The notes below the pieces were generated by a model, which was not told the DNA's origin, searched no databases, and saw only the letters and a program-made list of their open reading frames with translations. Both the position numbers and the translations under genes were made by a program. From NCBI GenBank assembly GCA_964187785.1, contig OZ076409.1:91390001-91454000 (forward strand): DNA of 64,000 nt, written 5' to 3'. The number at the start of each line of letters is the position of its first letter. Position 1 is the first letter of the stretch. Shown here one piece after another: positions 1-11,874 of the stretch. This stretch comes from Amphiscolops sp. MND2022 (taxonomy: Eukaryota).

Positions 1-51
1 CGTAGTCGGATTTGTGCATCTGTTGAGTGGGTTGGTGCTTTTGTGTTTTAG

Positions 52-2343
52 TCGTTGATTTGTCGTGCTCTCTTTCCCCGAGTCCTGCGCTCCATCATCT
101 CTCGTGTGACGACCTTCAACTGCTACAGTGTGCGGTTTGAGGAGCATGCTGATGGCCAATACTGCTTTGTGTCGACTTGGGAGGGCAATACTTTGCTGGA
201 CGTCTGCATCAATGTCGAGCCCTTGGGTCAGCGAGTGCCCCAGTCTGAACTGTCGTCATTGTCGCGCATTGTCACTAGTCTGTCCTCAGCTTCCCTCCCG
301 ATCAGCATTCGTGGTGCCAGTCCATCCTTCCTGCGGGTAGTCAACGACGAACGCAGTGACGGGCATCGTTTGGTGTATGCGCGGGAATTCTCCTCTGATG
401 TGTTCCTTCACTGCTATCGGATTGCCCATCAAGAGATCTTCGGGATGTTGGAAGTCACCACCATGGTCGACTTCTTGATGGTGCGTCTTCGTGGGGCTTT
501 GCAGGAGCCCTGGATGGAGGATCTTCCCGAACTTCGCCGTTGTGTGGTCGTCGGACAGGTGACGTTCGCTGATCTGCGTGGTGTCGTGGCTGAGCTGGTC
601 TCCATTTGGGACACTGTCCGGGAGTACGTTCGCTACACTGGTCCTCGACACATCAAGAGCGAGGTTGACAAGGTGGGTATAGTTTTGTTTCAGGGGGCTG
701 TTTTGTATTTTTGCGGTGGGGTGTCGTCTCTCTGTGGGTTGGCGAAAAATAGTCATCTTGTTGTTGTTATTTAGATGCGAGGCACAGACACGCTCGTCTA
801 CTCCGAGACGACAAACAAACTGCGACTGGGAATGCTACTGCACGTTCTGGATCTTTGTAAGTTGTACTTTCTTGTGACTTTCTTTCGTTATTTTTGGTTT
901 TTTGGTTGGTTTTTTTTTGTAGCGTCTTGTTTGGTATGCTAGATGGCTGATCGTCGTCGTCATCGGGTTATCGTCTAGGTATCATAGTCTTGGTAATATG
1001 TGTACAGTCGTCTGTTATGTTTAGATCATTGCACTTTCGTCAAACAGAAGGCCGGACGTAGTGATTACGCCTTTCATGCCTACAGTGAAGTGTGTCAGTT
1101 CGTGTACTGCTTGCTCGTTCGCAGTCGCAAGGTGTCCAGTCTGCCTGCTCTCAATGATTGGGAGTCATATATGGATCCCAGCAAATTGCAAGCATTCGAG
1201 AAAATCAGCACTGACGATTTCTTTCATAACTACGAGTTTGGAGCTGAACTACATCGTTCGAACACTAGTGAGGCGCGTGAGTTCCGCAATCGTTGTCGGG
1301 AATTTGTGGACCGGCTGGTGGACGTCATCTTGGAACAGCAGGTTGTGTCCTCGGATTTCTTCCAGGGGTTGTATTGCTTTTGCCCTGAGTTGCTTCTTGA
1401 GGGCGACGACCAACAAATCTTTCGGCTGTTCTCTCGTCTTGTTCGCGTTCTTGAGCGATGTGGCTGTCTCTCCAGCAGTGATGCACAATCGAGTCGTGAG
1501 GAGTTCACCACATTCGTCGTCGATGCTAGGACGCGTCATCAGGAGTCAGAGCGAAGTGCGGAGCAGATCGAAGATGTCACTGAGTATCTGCTTTCGGACT
1601 ACAGTTTCATGTCACGGAGAAGCCTCGTCCGTGTATTGAAAGTGTGCTGTTTGGTAGTGGATCGCCCTCGCAGAAAGATGCCTAACATAGACATTGACCT
1701 GAAAGACTGTGCCGTTCCTGTTTCCGTCGTGACGTCGTCTCTGAGGGGTGTCCAAAGTCTTGTGTCTTCTCCCGGGTACAAGCAGGGTGCTTTCTTCACC
1801 CAGGGAACTATGGAGAGTGTCCGCGATGCTATAGCCAGCAGTCGGAGTTTCATGTCTTGTGCCAGTTTTGACCCTTGGGAGAGTGTGTCATGTGGCGATC
1901 GTTCGGCCTTTGTGCGTCAATACTCTGCAGCCTTTGATGCTTATCTGAGTCGTAAGAAAAGTGAGGCCACGAAGCAACTTCATAGTGCCAACCGTCAGCC
2001 GCGCCAAGTTCGTTTTTCGGAGTCTGGTGGTTCAGGTGGGTCAAGTGTTTGCAGTTCTCCTCGTGGTGATGTGCTGCCTGCTACCTCATTTGCTGTTTCT
2101 TCTCCTGTATCTAGTTCCGGCGCTGGGACGTCAAGGCAACGTACCTATACCGCTGAGTCTTCCTTGGCCGCTATTCTTGGGCAGAAAAAGGAGCAGAAAC
2201 CCGTTAAGAAGACGTGTGGCGATAAGAAAGAAGCAGGAAGTAAAGGCGCGGAGAAAGAGTCCTCGAAAGATCAGTCACGTGAGGAACCAAAGAGTACGAA
2301 GTCGGTTGGAAGACGATTGAGTCCCAAGTCCAAGAGTCATTGA
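52..2343 (+). CDS. 3' exons of the spliced antisense accessory gene of element A (exons 52-672, 775-856, 1025-2343)
   Basis: GT-AG introns 673-774 and 857-1024 join the 239-aa and 447-aa ORFs in frame. The peptide aligns with element B's antisense gene (ELVSIWDTVREYV/ELLDNWSSVTEFL; KAGRSDYAFHAYSEVCQF/LSGRRDRGFYTFRQLCQY). Confidence 0.75.
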
Positions 2344-2639
2344 GATATGTAGTCGAGACTTGATGCAACTGTTGTTGTTAAACTTTAGTAGTAGTCTTTT
2401 GTGCTTCTTTTATTGTAGCCTTTATTTATTTGATTGTAGTCATTGCCTTTGGGCTATTTTTGTTTTGCTGGATTTTAAAACTAACTGAAAGTGATGGACT
2501 CCCCAGCAAAATAGTAGAAAAGAAATTTGGAGTCGAAGAAAGAAGAAAAAAAAATCAAGAAAAAGAGGCCGTAGTATGCCAGTAATTAAAGTCGTCAGGT
2601 CGGTTCGATCTGGACACTTGATAGTGCTCTTTTCCCTTT

Positions 2640-5600
2640 CTAGTGAGTCGTAGTGATAGCGTCAAGTCTTCTAAAGTCAGGATTAGTATTGGGTTTAGGA
2701 TTAGGTCGTAGATTGTATTTCGCTATTTTCCTTGGATTATATCCAACTATTGTAGGCGGCGATTTTGGGGGAATAGGTGGGTCTTCAATGGGTGGGGGGC
2801 GTCGTATATATGGATTATCCCCCACGTCTGTAGTAAGATTTGAAAAGTCCGGAGATGGCGGCGCTTTGTCGTCCGTAGTTTCAAGTTCCTTGTCCAGTAT
2901 TTGTTGCGTCGCCGTTTCGTCCTGTGTGCTCGCTACCTCTTGTGTAACTGATTGTTGATGATTGTTTTCATTTCCTCGCGACTCATGCTCGTCAATCTGT
3001 TTCCCGAAATCCATTTCCCATGAGACTGCGTACCACTCATTGTGTGAAATTTTGACATCTGGATCGGGAAGGTAGTTGTCGGCTCGTACTGTGACGTCAG
3101 GCAAGCGTTGTTCTGGCACGTAAGGTCGTATGCGAATTCTGTGTAGTGTTTGTGTATATCTTGTGCCAAGTTTGCGTATTGTGTAGTTATTATTGGAAAG
3201 CACTTTGATCACTATGTACGGGCCAGTCCATATGCAGTCTTGGAACGCAAACTTCGTCGACTGGTTGTCGGCTTTCGGATTGAGTATGTAACAATAATCG
3301 TTGATCTTCAGTGGAGCTGCAGACGCTTTGCGGTCGTAATATTTTTTTATATTTGAGGTAGGATAGCATTATATTGTCCTTTGCTGTCGCTCGTACCTCG
3401 TCTATTTGTTTTTGTAATTGTTCTGCTATGTCCGAGTTGGGCGTTGTTTTCCATTTTGGTTTGATCCCCAGTTTTAGGTCGAGGACATTGTAGGGTATTC
3501 GTCCGTGGAATACTGTAGATGGTTCACAGCCCAGAGTCTCGTGGTATGTTGTATTGTAGTTCATTACAGCTATTTGGACATACTTGTGCCACATTGAACG
3601 TCGTTCACCCGTCGAAATTTTTAGTGCGGTTTTGATTGACGCGTGTGTTCTTTCTAAAATTCCGATTGTCTGTGCATGTTTTGTAGATGCATGGCTGATT
3701 TGAATCTCGAGTATTTGGGCTATTTCTGTGACGACTTCTGATCGAAATTGTGAGCCCTTGTCTGATAGGATTAGTGTTGGCAAGTATGCATGTCTTGTCA
3801 TAACGTCGACAATGCATCGTCCGATTGTTTTCGCTGTAACGTTCTGTGTTGGATATGCAAATAGGTAGCGTGAAAATACGTCGATCATCGTAACGATATT
3901 CTGGTATCCTGCAGAGTTTGGCAAATTTGGTAGTATGTCAATTTCAAGAATGTCCTCCGGACCAAGGACGTGTTCCGTATTGTTGATCATTTTCGGTCTG
4001 ATTTGGTTGTTGTTGATTCGTTTGTATTTGATGCAGTCTTCACATTGCATTACCCACTGTCTGATTCTTTTGGCTAGGCCGGGGTAATAGTACTTTGATC
4101 GGCATTCTTGAATCATTTTGGTAATCCCCGGGTGTTTTCCCATTTGTCCATGGATTGCCTTCAAGAGTTCTGTGACCAAATGTTCAGGAATTAATATTTG
4201 GTGGTGGGTAACTTGTCCGCATTCGCCGTAATACTTTCGCATTAATACTCCATCTTTGACGATTAGTCTGCTTTCGTGGACTAGGAGGCGTTTGGCTGTC
4301 GGATCAGTTTGTAATAAGTGTTTGTCATATTCTTCGGAAATCAGTTTCTTTTTGATTGCTTTGAAAACTAGGTTTGAGTCTTGTTCGACTCTGATGCGAG
4401 CATCTTCTTTTATTGCTCCGAAGGTATAAGATGCTCTGTTTATTGGGATTGGTGTGGTTTCTTTGATGGCTAATTTGATTTTGGACGTCTCCTCGTCGCG
4501 CGCATTTTGTCTAGCTTGTTCCTTTTGTAGTAAGATTTCTTCTTCTGTTTCGATTGTTTCATCCGGAAGGAAGAAAAGCTGTTCCTCGTCCGCGACATCC
4601 GTAGATTGGAGATTCACTTGAATGGGCCTGATTGTAATGTCCTCTCTTATTTTCAATTCAACTCGTTCTTTGGGGGTAAGTTCAATGCGTGATAAGAAAT
4701 CAGCTGCAGTGTTTTGCGTACCAGCGACGTGCATTATGTGGAAGTTGAATTGTAGTACATAGTCACACGCGTTCCACAGCGTAGGCGGTATGGCTTTTGT
4801 TTGAAAGAAGCGTGTGACTGACCTGTTATCGGTCATTACGAGTGTTGGTAGCGTCGCTTCCCACAATATATGGCTGTATTCTAGAAATGCATGGTAAATT
4901 GCTAGGAATTCTTTGCAGTAAATAGACATTTTTAGTTGAGCTGGGGAAAATACTTTCGATCCGAATGCGACCGGCGCAAATGTCTTCTTTTTTGAATTGA
5001 GTTTTTTGTCGTTGTTTTCCTCAATCATTAGTGCGTAGCCGGAGGCTCGGAAACTGGCGTCCGTCATTAGGACGTACTGTCGTCCTGTGATTGGTTGTTT
5101 GAGTGCCAGGCCGCAAGCTTGCGCCAGTGCTGCGTTGATAGCTTTGTAATGGTCAAGTAATTCTTCTGTGACTTTGATTTGTTTATCGGCTTTCAACAAT
5201 TCATAGAATCCGAGTAATTTTTCAGATAATCGCGGGATGTAATTGCGATAATAATTAACAAAACCAATGTATCTTTGTACCTGCTTTTTTGACTTTGGAA
5301 ATCGTACATTTGCCAGGAATTTTTGTATTTTATGGTCTTGGGGGGCAATTCCTTGTGGAGTGATTGTTCTTCCGAAAAATTCAACCTCAGTCACCCCGAA
5401 ATGGCATTTTTCTATGGTCAGTTTAAGTCCCGCTTGTCTGATGCATTCGAAAACGGCTTTGATGTTACGTATCAGCTGCGTCACTGAATTGGCTGCGATC
5501 CCGATATCGTCCACATATTGTGCGCACTGGTCGGCTTTGATCACTTTGTCTAAGTATTCTCTCATGAAACTTGAAAATGCCGACAGAGCCCTGCTCAGTC

Positions 5601-7578
5601 CTTGTGCTAAACGTCTGTAGGCAAACGTCCTGCTTGCGAAGTTAAACGCCAGCATTTCAATGGATCTTTGATCTGCCATTTGTAAGCAGTGGTATGCTTG
5701 AGAGCAGTCTAATTTGCAAAATAGTTTTTTACCCGCTAGGTGTTGAGCCGCATCCGACAGGGTGCTAACTGGATGGTTATTGTTGATGTAGTCATCTGAG
5801 ATTAGTGCATTCATTTTTCGCAGGTCGACAAGTAGACGCAATTTGCCATTTGGTTTCCTCTGTGCGAAAATTGGGCTTGCATACTTTGAAAATGGTAGGG
5901 TCGTTATTATGCCGTACCTGTGCATTAGCGCCAATTCGACTGTTAGGTCTTCTTTCAAATTGATTGGTACCGGTAAACTTTGCGTGTAAATCGGACGCTC
6001 ATCTTTCGGAGTTAATTTGACTTTGAAGCTATTGTTGATTCCAATGTCAAGGCGGTGACGCGCAAAGATGTCGTTGTATTCGATTATTGTTTGTTCAAGT
6101 TGCTTCCTGTCGTTGCCTTCGATTTGGGAGCCTTCCCACTGGAACATGTCAAGGAATTTTTGTCTCGATTCCGTTTCTTTTGTTGGATCTAGGTTTTCCT
6201 TTTGAATGAGTTCACGGATTTCCTTCAAGATCCGACGTTGGATTGGCGTATGTTCTTCTTCGTTTCCTGGATTCTCGGGTGTGGGGAACCAGAGATTTTC
6301 ATCGTTTTGTTCATGTTCATTTGATTTCATAAGTTCGTTGATGTACATGTGTGTGTCATCAGGATCTTCTAACAATTTGAGTGCGGCGGCGTCAACTGGT
6401 CGTATTTGTTTCGTGTCCTCAGGTTTGAGGATTTGTAGTTCTGCCAGCTTTGTATGGTTTTTTATTGTATGTGGGAAATCCGTTAGGTTGGCGATTCTGA
6501 TTTTGAGCCTTTTGTTATGGGCTGTCGCCAGAGCTGGTGCGACAATAATTGTTGCTGTTTCATCAAATTGTGGTAGTGGTTGTACCGCTCCAGTGACGTC
6601 GTGCATATTTGTGGTTATGACTATTGCATTTACTGTTGTCGTTTGTTGAGGCGGCAGTGTCTGATGTCCTTCTGCCATTATTTGAAGCGGTTTTGGGTTG
6701 CATTTTTTCATTTCGTCTGTCATGGCTAACGTCATTTCGACGTGTGGAAAATTGATGGTTCCGTTGGCAGTGTCAATTACTGCTTGATGGTTTCTCATGA
6801 AGTTCAGTCCTATGATAGGGAATGACGTTTTCGATAGGATGACGAAGGTATCCGTGAATGTATATGTTCCAATGTTGAACTGGATGTCCGCTGTGGCTAT
6901 TGGTTGTTCTAGTTGTGCATTTGCGCATTCGATCTTGAAGGGGGGTTGAGGGTATTCTTTTATGACACAACTATCACTGTTCATTTTAATTGCGTTATAA
7001 TCTGACCAGGACATGGCATTGATGAACGCGCCTGAGTCGACAAGTCCATCCATTGTTATCTCGCCAAATTCGAGTGGCAAGTACAGCATTCTCCTTCTGT
7101 TCTTGAGGACTATGGTGGAGTGGAGTGGTAAATACGTCTCTCCATCTTTTTCAGTAACATACTCTCTGATAGAGTTAAGAGATGTGGGGAAATCCTCTGG
7201 GAAGGTAGGTGTTTGGGTGGAGCCATAGGTATCTTCCTTTGTCAGTGTTGACGATGGTTGGTCGTCGAGGGCGTCTTCGGTTTGTTCTGCTTGGGTTATG
7301 ATGGATTGTGTTGTATTGGTGAGGGGTGGCTGGATGAGAAGATTTGGATATTGTTTGTGGTCGTTTCCATGATCCTCGTCTTGTGTCAGTTCCTTTTCGG
7401 TTTGTATGAGGGGTCTTCGTATGGAAGCGAGTGCTTGACGTCTCAGCCAGTCCTCTGTTGGAGTTCCGTCACATTCTACAGTTGTTTCGTTGGTGTATGT
7501 AGTAGGGGGATCATTTGGTGAATACGCCCTCGCGTCTACTGTTTCCCCGAAGCGCAGGCGCGGCGTATCTAGTTTTTT
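2640..7578 (-). CDS. pol: pol of element A (protease, dUTPase-like relic, RT, RNase H, integrase); one frameshift at ~3345
   Basis: Motifs: LVDSGA protease, YVDD RT, TDAS RNase H, HHCC plus D-D-E integrase, WTGPY. The frame is open from the slippery site (7572-7578) to MLYLP at 7089. An extra T in the homopolymer 3342-3348 splits off ORF 2640-3212. Confidence 0.93.
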
Positions 7579-9005
7579 GATTCAATGACAGAGTTAGCTG
7601 TCGTTGGTTGGGCGGGGACGTCCCTTTTTGATTCCGAGTTATTGTGACGCTTGGGTCGTGGATCGTTGGCAGAGTTGGCTCCGTTCCAACAATCTTCCGT
7701 TTTGTGGGGTTTGCCGCATGTGTCACATTTGAGCGACTTGCCTGCACTAGAGTTGGTTTGACCATTGTTCTTCCTGATCTGCATCCATTTGTCTCTCTTC
7801 ATTTTCCGACATTCCGCTTTGTAGTGTCCAAATTTGTTGCAGTAGAAGCAATATCCTTTTTTGACATTTTGCGTCGTGCTGTCAACTTGTTTGGACTCGG
7901 TTTTTGTTGTGGCCGGTTCTGCTTTATTTAGTGGTACCAGTGTTACTTCATCTGGCGCTCCAAGGCCGTTAAGCCTCATTTCTCTTTCCAAGTGTAGTAC
8001 AATGTCATTATATGGCTTGTCTTCGAGATACGCCCTGTTTAGTATCTTTTTTACGTGATCTGGCATTTTTGCGTATATTGCCTTGTCAATGAATTGTTGG
8101 GCTTCAGATCCAAAGGCTTCTTTGGCCGTTTTTTGAAGTACGTCTAGAAATTCATGGAGTTTCTGATTCGAGGGGTCAAATCTGAGTGCATCCCATTCAC
8201 ATCTTGCTTTGGCCGTAGACAGGTAGTCCCCGAAACGTCGTTTGAATATCGTCATTATCTCATCAAGGGAATCTTTTTTCGCGTCTTCTATATTGCAAAA
8301 CGCCTGGAGGGCGTCTCCTCTGAGTAGCGAGTGGAAATAGTTAATCTTCTGTATTTCCGTGAGATGGGGATACATTTTTATGTTGTTGCGGAAAAGGTCT
8401 TCGAATAACTCAAACTTTTCCGATTTCCCGTCGAACGTTGGGAGAGATGCCGTTAGCGCCTTTGGCATGGGCAGTGTAGTGCTGTCACCTTTTTCCGATG
8501 TAAACAGGGTTCTTGCCACAACTGGACGTTCTTTTGACGTTGGCTGACTTTGGGACCGGGCTTTCGTTTTTTTAGGCTGGTTAGTGGAGTCGGTTAAAAC
8601 TCCTGTCACCATGTTACGACATGTTGTCGAGTCGTTTTGAGTTGAACTTATTCTTACTGACTTTGTAGGGGTATAAAAGTTTCTGGTTTCTTCTTCTATT
8701 TCTCCCTCAATATTTCCTCTTACATTCCCTCTTGTTTCAGGTTTTAACAGTTTCAACATCTCTCTCTGGGATTCAGCAAGGAGAGTCTTAATTTCCGATG
8801 TTATCTCATCTTTCAAAGATGCCCTTAAACTCTCCAAGAGGCTATTTTCAATCCGAGGAGATTTTGGTCTGGAAGGACCCGACATAATTACGTCCTGGTT
8901 TGAAGAACATGGATTTTCTATCGCTATCGGAGAAATAAAACCTTCACTTACATCTTTGTCGCCTTGTTGCTCATTCCTTCTCTTCTGGCTTCTAGTTGTA
9001 GACAT
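7569..9005 (-). CDS. gag: gag of element A (478 aa)
   Basis: Retrotransposon capsid-like region (FDGKSEKFELFEDLF...) and knuckles CFYCNKFGHYKAEC and CDTCGKPHKTEDC; homologous to gag of B and C. Confidence 0.92.
   Translation of the reverse strand: MSTTRSQKRRNEQQGDKDVSEGFISPIAIENPCSSNQDVIMSGPSRPKSPRIENSLLESLRASLKDEITSEIKTLLAESQREMLKLLKPETRGNVRGNIEGEIEEETRNFYTPTKSVRISSTQNDSTTCRNMVTGVLTDSTNQPKKTKARSQSQPTSKERPVVARTLFTSEKGDSTTLPMPKALTASLPTFDGKSEKFELFEDLFRNNIKMYPHLTEIQKINYFHSLLRGDALQAFCNIEDAKKDSLDEIMTIFKRRFGDYLSTAKARCEWDALRFDPSNQKLHEFLDVLQKTAKEAFGSEAQQFIDKAIYAKMPDHVKKILNRAYLEDKPYNDIVLHLEREMRLNGLGAPDEVTLVPLNKAEPATTKTESKQVDSTTQNVKKGYCFYCNKFGHYKAECRKMKRDKWMQIRKNNGQTNSSAGKSLKCDTCGKPHKTEDCWNGANSANDPRPKRHNNSESKRDVPAQPTTANSVIESKN
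7572..7578 (-). promoter_or_regulatory. -1 ribosomal frameshift slippery heptamer A AAA AAC (element A) with downstream hairpin
   Basis: The heptamer abuts the gag stop and the -1 frame is open into pol. ATACGCC...GGCGTAT can pair just downstream. Confidence 0.8.
8599..8611 (-). promoter_or_regulatory. primer-binding site of element A (TGGTGACAGGAGT, tRNA-Leu-like)
   Basis: TGG directly follows the LTR-terminal CA, and the same motif sits at the proven LTR ends of B and C. It resembles the complement of a Leu tRNA 3' end; tRNA identity is not verified. Confidence 0.8.
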
Positions 9006-11093
9006 TTTGGAGAAAAGTTTTATCTTGAAGAATTGATTTTTCCAAAGATAATTTTCAACAAAGTTGACTGAGATTAGAGTTTAGCGAAATTGAGAATTCA
9101 ACTGAATTAAACAATTGCAAAAGACTGAGTCCCTGAGTCAATGAAAATTATCCTATATATACCCTCCTAGCATCATTTGATCACGATTAAAATCCTAATT
9201 TTCCTTGAACAATTAGTCATTTCCTGTATTTTCGATGAAAAATCATTTTGTTCCCAATTTTACGTCGACAACTCGTCAATTTTTGGGACACGACAATTTC
9301 AATCTAGCATTAGTCATCAACCATGATCATATCATTTCAGCTCGGCGTCCTTTGCTTTCCTCCCAAGCAGGAAGTAGATATTACTTCAGTCTGTCAAACC
9401 GGAAATGATTCCCTGTTTTACTGCTTTGGTTCGTAGGAAAATGACGCTGAGATGACGCTGACGTGAACAACTAATACCTGATTTTGAATTTTTACTTGAA
9501 GGAAATGCTATGACTAATGTTTTCAGCTTCGGAATCTCCAATGATGCTAGGAAAGATAAGGGCAAAGCTATGGAACTAACTTCAATTTTTGAGTTGAATT
9601 CCCAATTCAGATAAATAGCATTTAAATCAAATTAACGTAACTTCAACGTTTATATTAAAAAACTAGAATGATTTGGCAACAGCTTTTGGCTACCACAAAA
9701 ATGGCTAAAAAGGGCAGACGGAGCTATGACGTACCAAAATCAAAGTTATCAACGAGTATAATTCACATAATTGGATACATTCGTACTTGAATTCAAACTT
9801 TGACGTGTTGACGTCGTTGGACCTAACTAATACAAGTGGAATAGTCAGTTGCCAAAAGTGGTATGAAAATAATCACAATGAGGTGTGTAAAACAACAACA
9901 AGCACAGTTACATTGAGAGAAAAACACGAACATGAATATTATAAAAATATGACCTCATTACCAAAATATAATCTTTGCTGATTTACAACTCACAACTTTC
10001 AAATACGTCAGATTGACGTCAAGTTATACGCAATCATATTTATGGCTTGCTTCAAACATCATAAAATGTACATCAATAACATTCTCCCTTGGAATAAACT
10101 GTGACTTTAATTATGAAGAACATGGAAATCCTAATCGGAATTATTTTACGATGTGATTCTAAAAGATTAGTATTTTGTTGACGGGAACAGGACGTAAATT
10201 ATCAAGTTTTATCCTTAACCTCATAAAGCACTAAAAACATCTTTAAACGTTTCCCTTCCGTCAAATCCGACATATTAATATTCATTCTACTGAATTGGAT
10301 GGATTAAACCGTCTATTTTGATGGATTTCGGACGTAACGTGGACGTACGTATTAAGATTGGTTATAGACCGCCAGTATTGGACGTAACGCGGACGTAAAT
10401 TTGAAGTAGAATTAGTCCGCACCGAGAAGGCAATACCGTGACGTCACTATGGCGGAAAATTGGAATGATTTTAAGTAGTGTCACTAATATAGGCGGTAAA
10501 TTGGAATGGTTCTCTAGTGAGCGCGGACGGAACGGTGACGTCATATTATACTTTCAAGTCTGCTTTTTACCGACGCCTAATATACATGTATCCTTTATTT
10601 TGTTTACCTTGCGCAGTGCCGACGTCCTAATCCGCACTAATTGCTGTTCAAAGTGCAATTAGGTCGCCTTTCTTAGAAAAGGAGTATATATTTCAGTGTG
10701 TCATCTCGATGTACTTTCTATTTTAGATTCAGATAATGTCCTTTCTCTAGTGGTGATTTTGGGTATATTTTCGTTTAGATCAGTCTATGGTCTTTATTCC
10801 AAGACGCATACTTAATTAAGCTTTCAGGTGGCGAATGTTTCCATTTTGACGAAATAAAAACGTCCTGCCGGAAGTGTGTGAAATCATTTTGGTTCATTTT
10901 AGTTTCTGTTCTCATTTCTATTTAAACTTTGCGCAAGTTAGACGTATTTTTAGTCACAGTTTATCCTAACATTAGTATGAAAGTTTGAGTCAGTAGCCAA
11001 AATACCTTTTTGAAAGTTTCGCTGTACAGCCGTGTCCTCGTCCGAACCCAATCCGCCTACATCCACAATCCAGTCCGGGAGCGGACTGTGACA
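8612..11093 (-). repeat. 5' LTR of element A (~2.5 kb)
   Basis: The inner end is fixed by the PBS. The outer end is inferred from TGTCAC...GTAACA termini only, because the partner LTR is not in the window. A TATATATA box lies at 9154-9161. Confidence 0.65.
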
Positions 11094-11874
11094 CCTAGTT
11101 TACTTTTTCCCATGTTTCCCATGTTTCCTTTTTTTAATGTAACGAAGTATATGTTTTTAAATTTTGACTTCTAATTTACATTGGCACAGAGAGTAGTATA
11201 GACTCTCGACTGACTGAAGGAACCTTATTACCGTATTTCAATGAAAGTTTTTCATCGCCCCTTCTTGGGCTTCATTGCCGCTTTAATCGGGTTTAAATCT
11301 GCTGTTTTGCGTTTTAAAAAACTCTCTATAAGAAGACCGCAGATGATCAGTGACCAATGATTTGATAATGAATTCTACAAACTTTGGAAGTATGCAAGCG
11401 TTTGAGCCTGGACAAATTGATATTTTCGTTTAATCGATAAATTGTTGAAAATAACTTCGTAATCGGTAAACCGATAAGTTATCTCAAATGTCGAAGAGAT
11501 ATGAAGCTTTCTAACGAAATAGCTTTGCAAAAAATGTTAATATACAATTCAAACGATTTTCCATCAAAAACAAATAGGTTGCAGATTTCCACTAGTTTGT
11601 TGTATGCATACATGTATTTCGAAAAGATTCTTTCTTAATCAGCGTATTTCGTAAAAAAATATGCCCGACTGTTACGGTGACTATTTTTTTCTGAAGAACA
11701 CAGAGATAAGCGGATGCCAATTGTAAACGTTCTAGTCTCGTTCACTCAGGTTCACACTTAGATATTATTTGTTAAATTCCTTCTGCTAAATTATGATAGA
11801 CCATTTTAGACGTTGGCATCAATTTCCTTATTTTTTGGATTCCAGGGTTCTCAAAACCCTATAGGGATACTTAC

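Larger units (their letters stand above)
1..11093 (-). mobile_element. Ty3/Gypsy LTR retrotransposon, element A (3' part runs off the window start)
   Basis: Contains gag with Zn knuckles and pol in PR-RT-RH-IN order. A PBS lies immediately after ...TCGTAACA. The candidate 5' end is TGTCACAG (minus) at 11093. An antisense accessory gene lies downstream of pol. Confidence 0.9.

Noticed and set aside
3190..3350. Programmed frameshift in element A integrase
   Set aside because: It is a single extra base in a T7 homopolymer, and B and C read through this region in one frame. It is a mutation or sequencing error.
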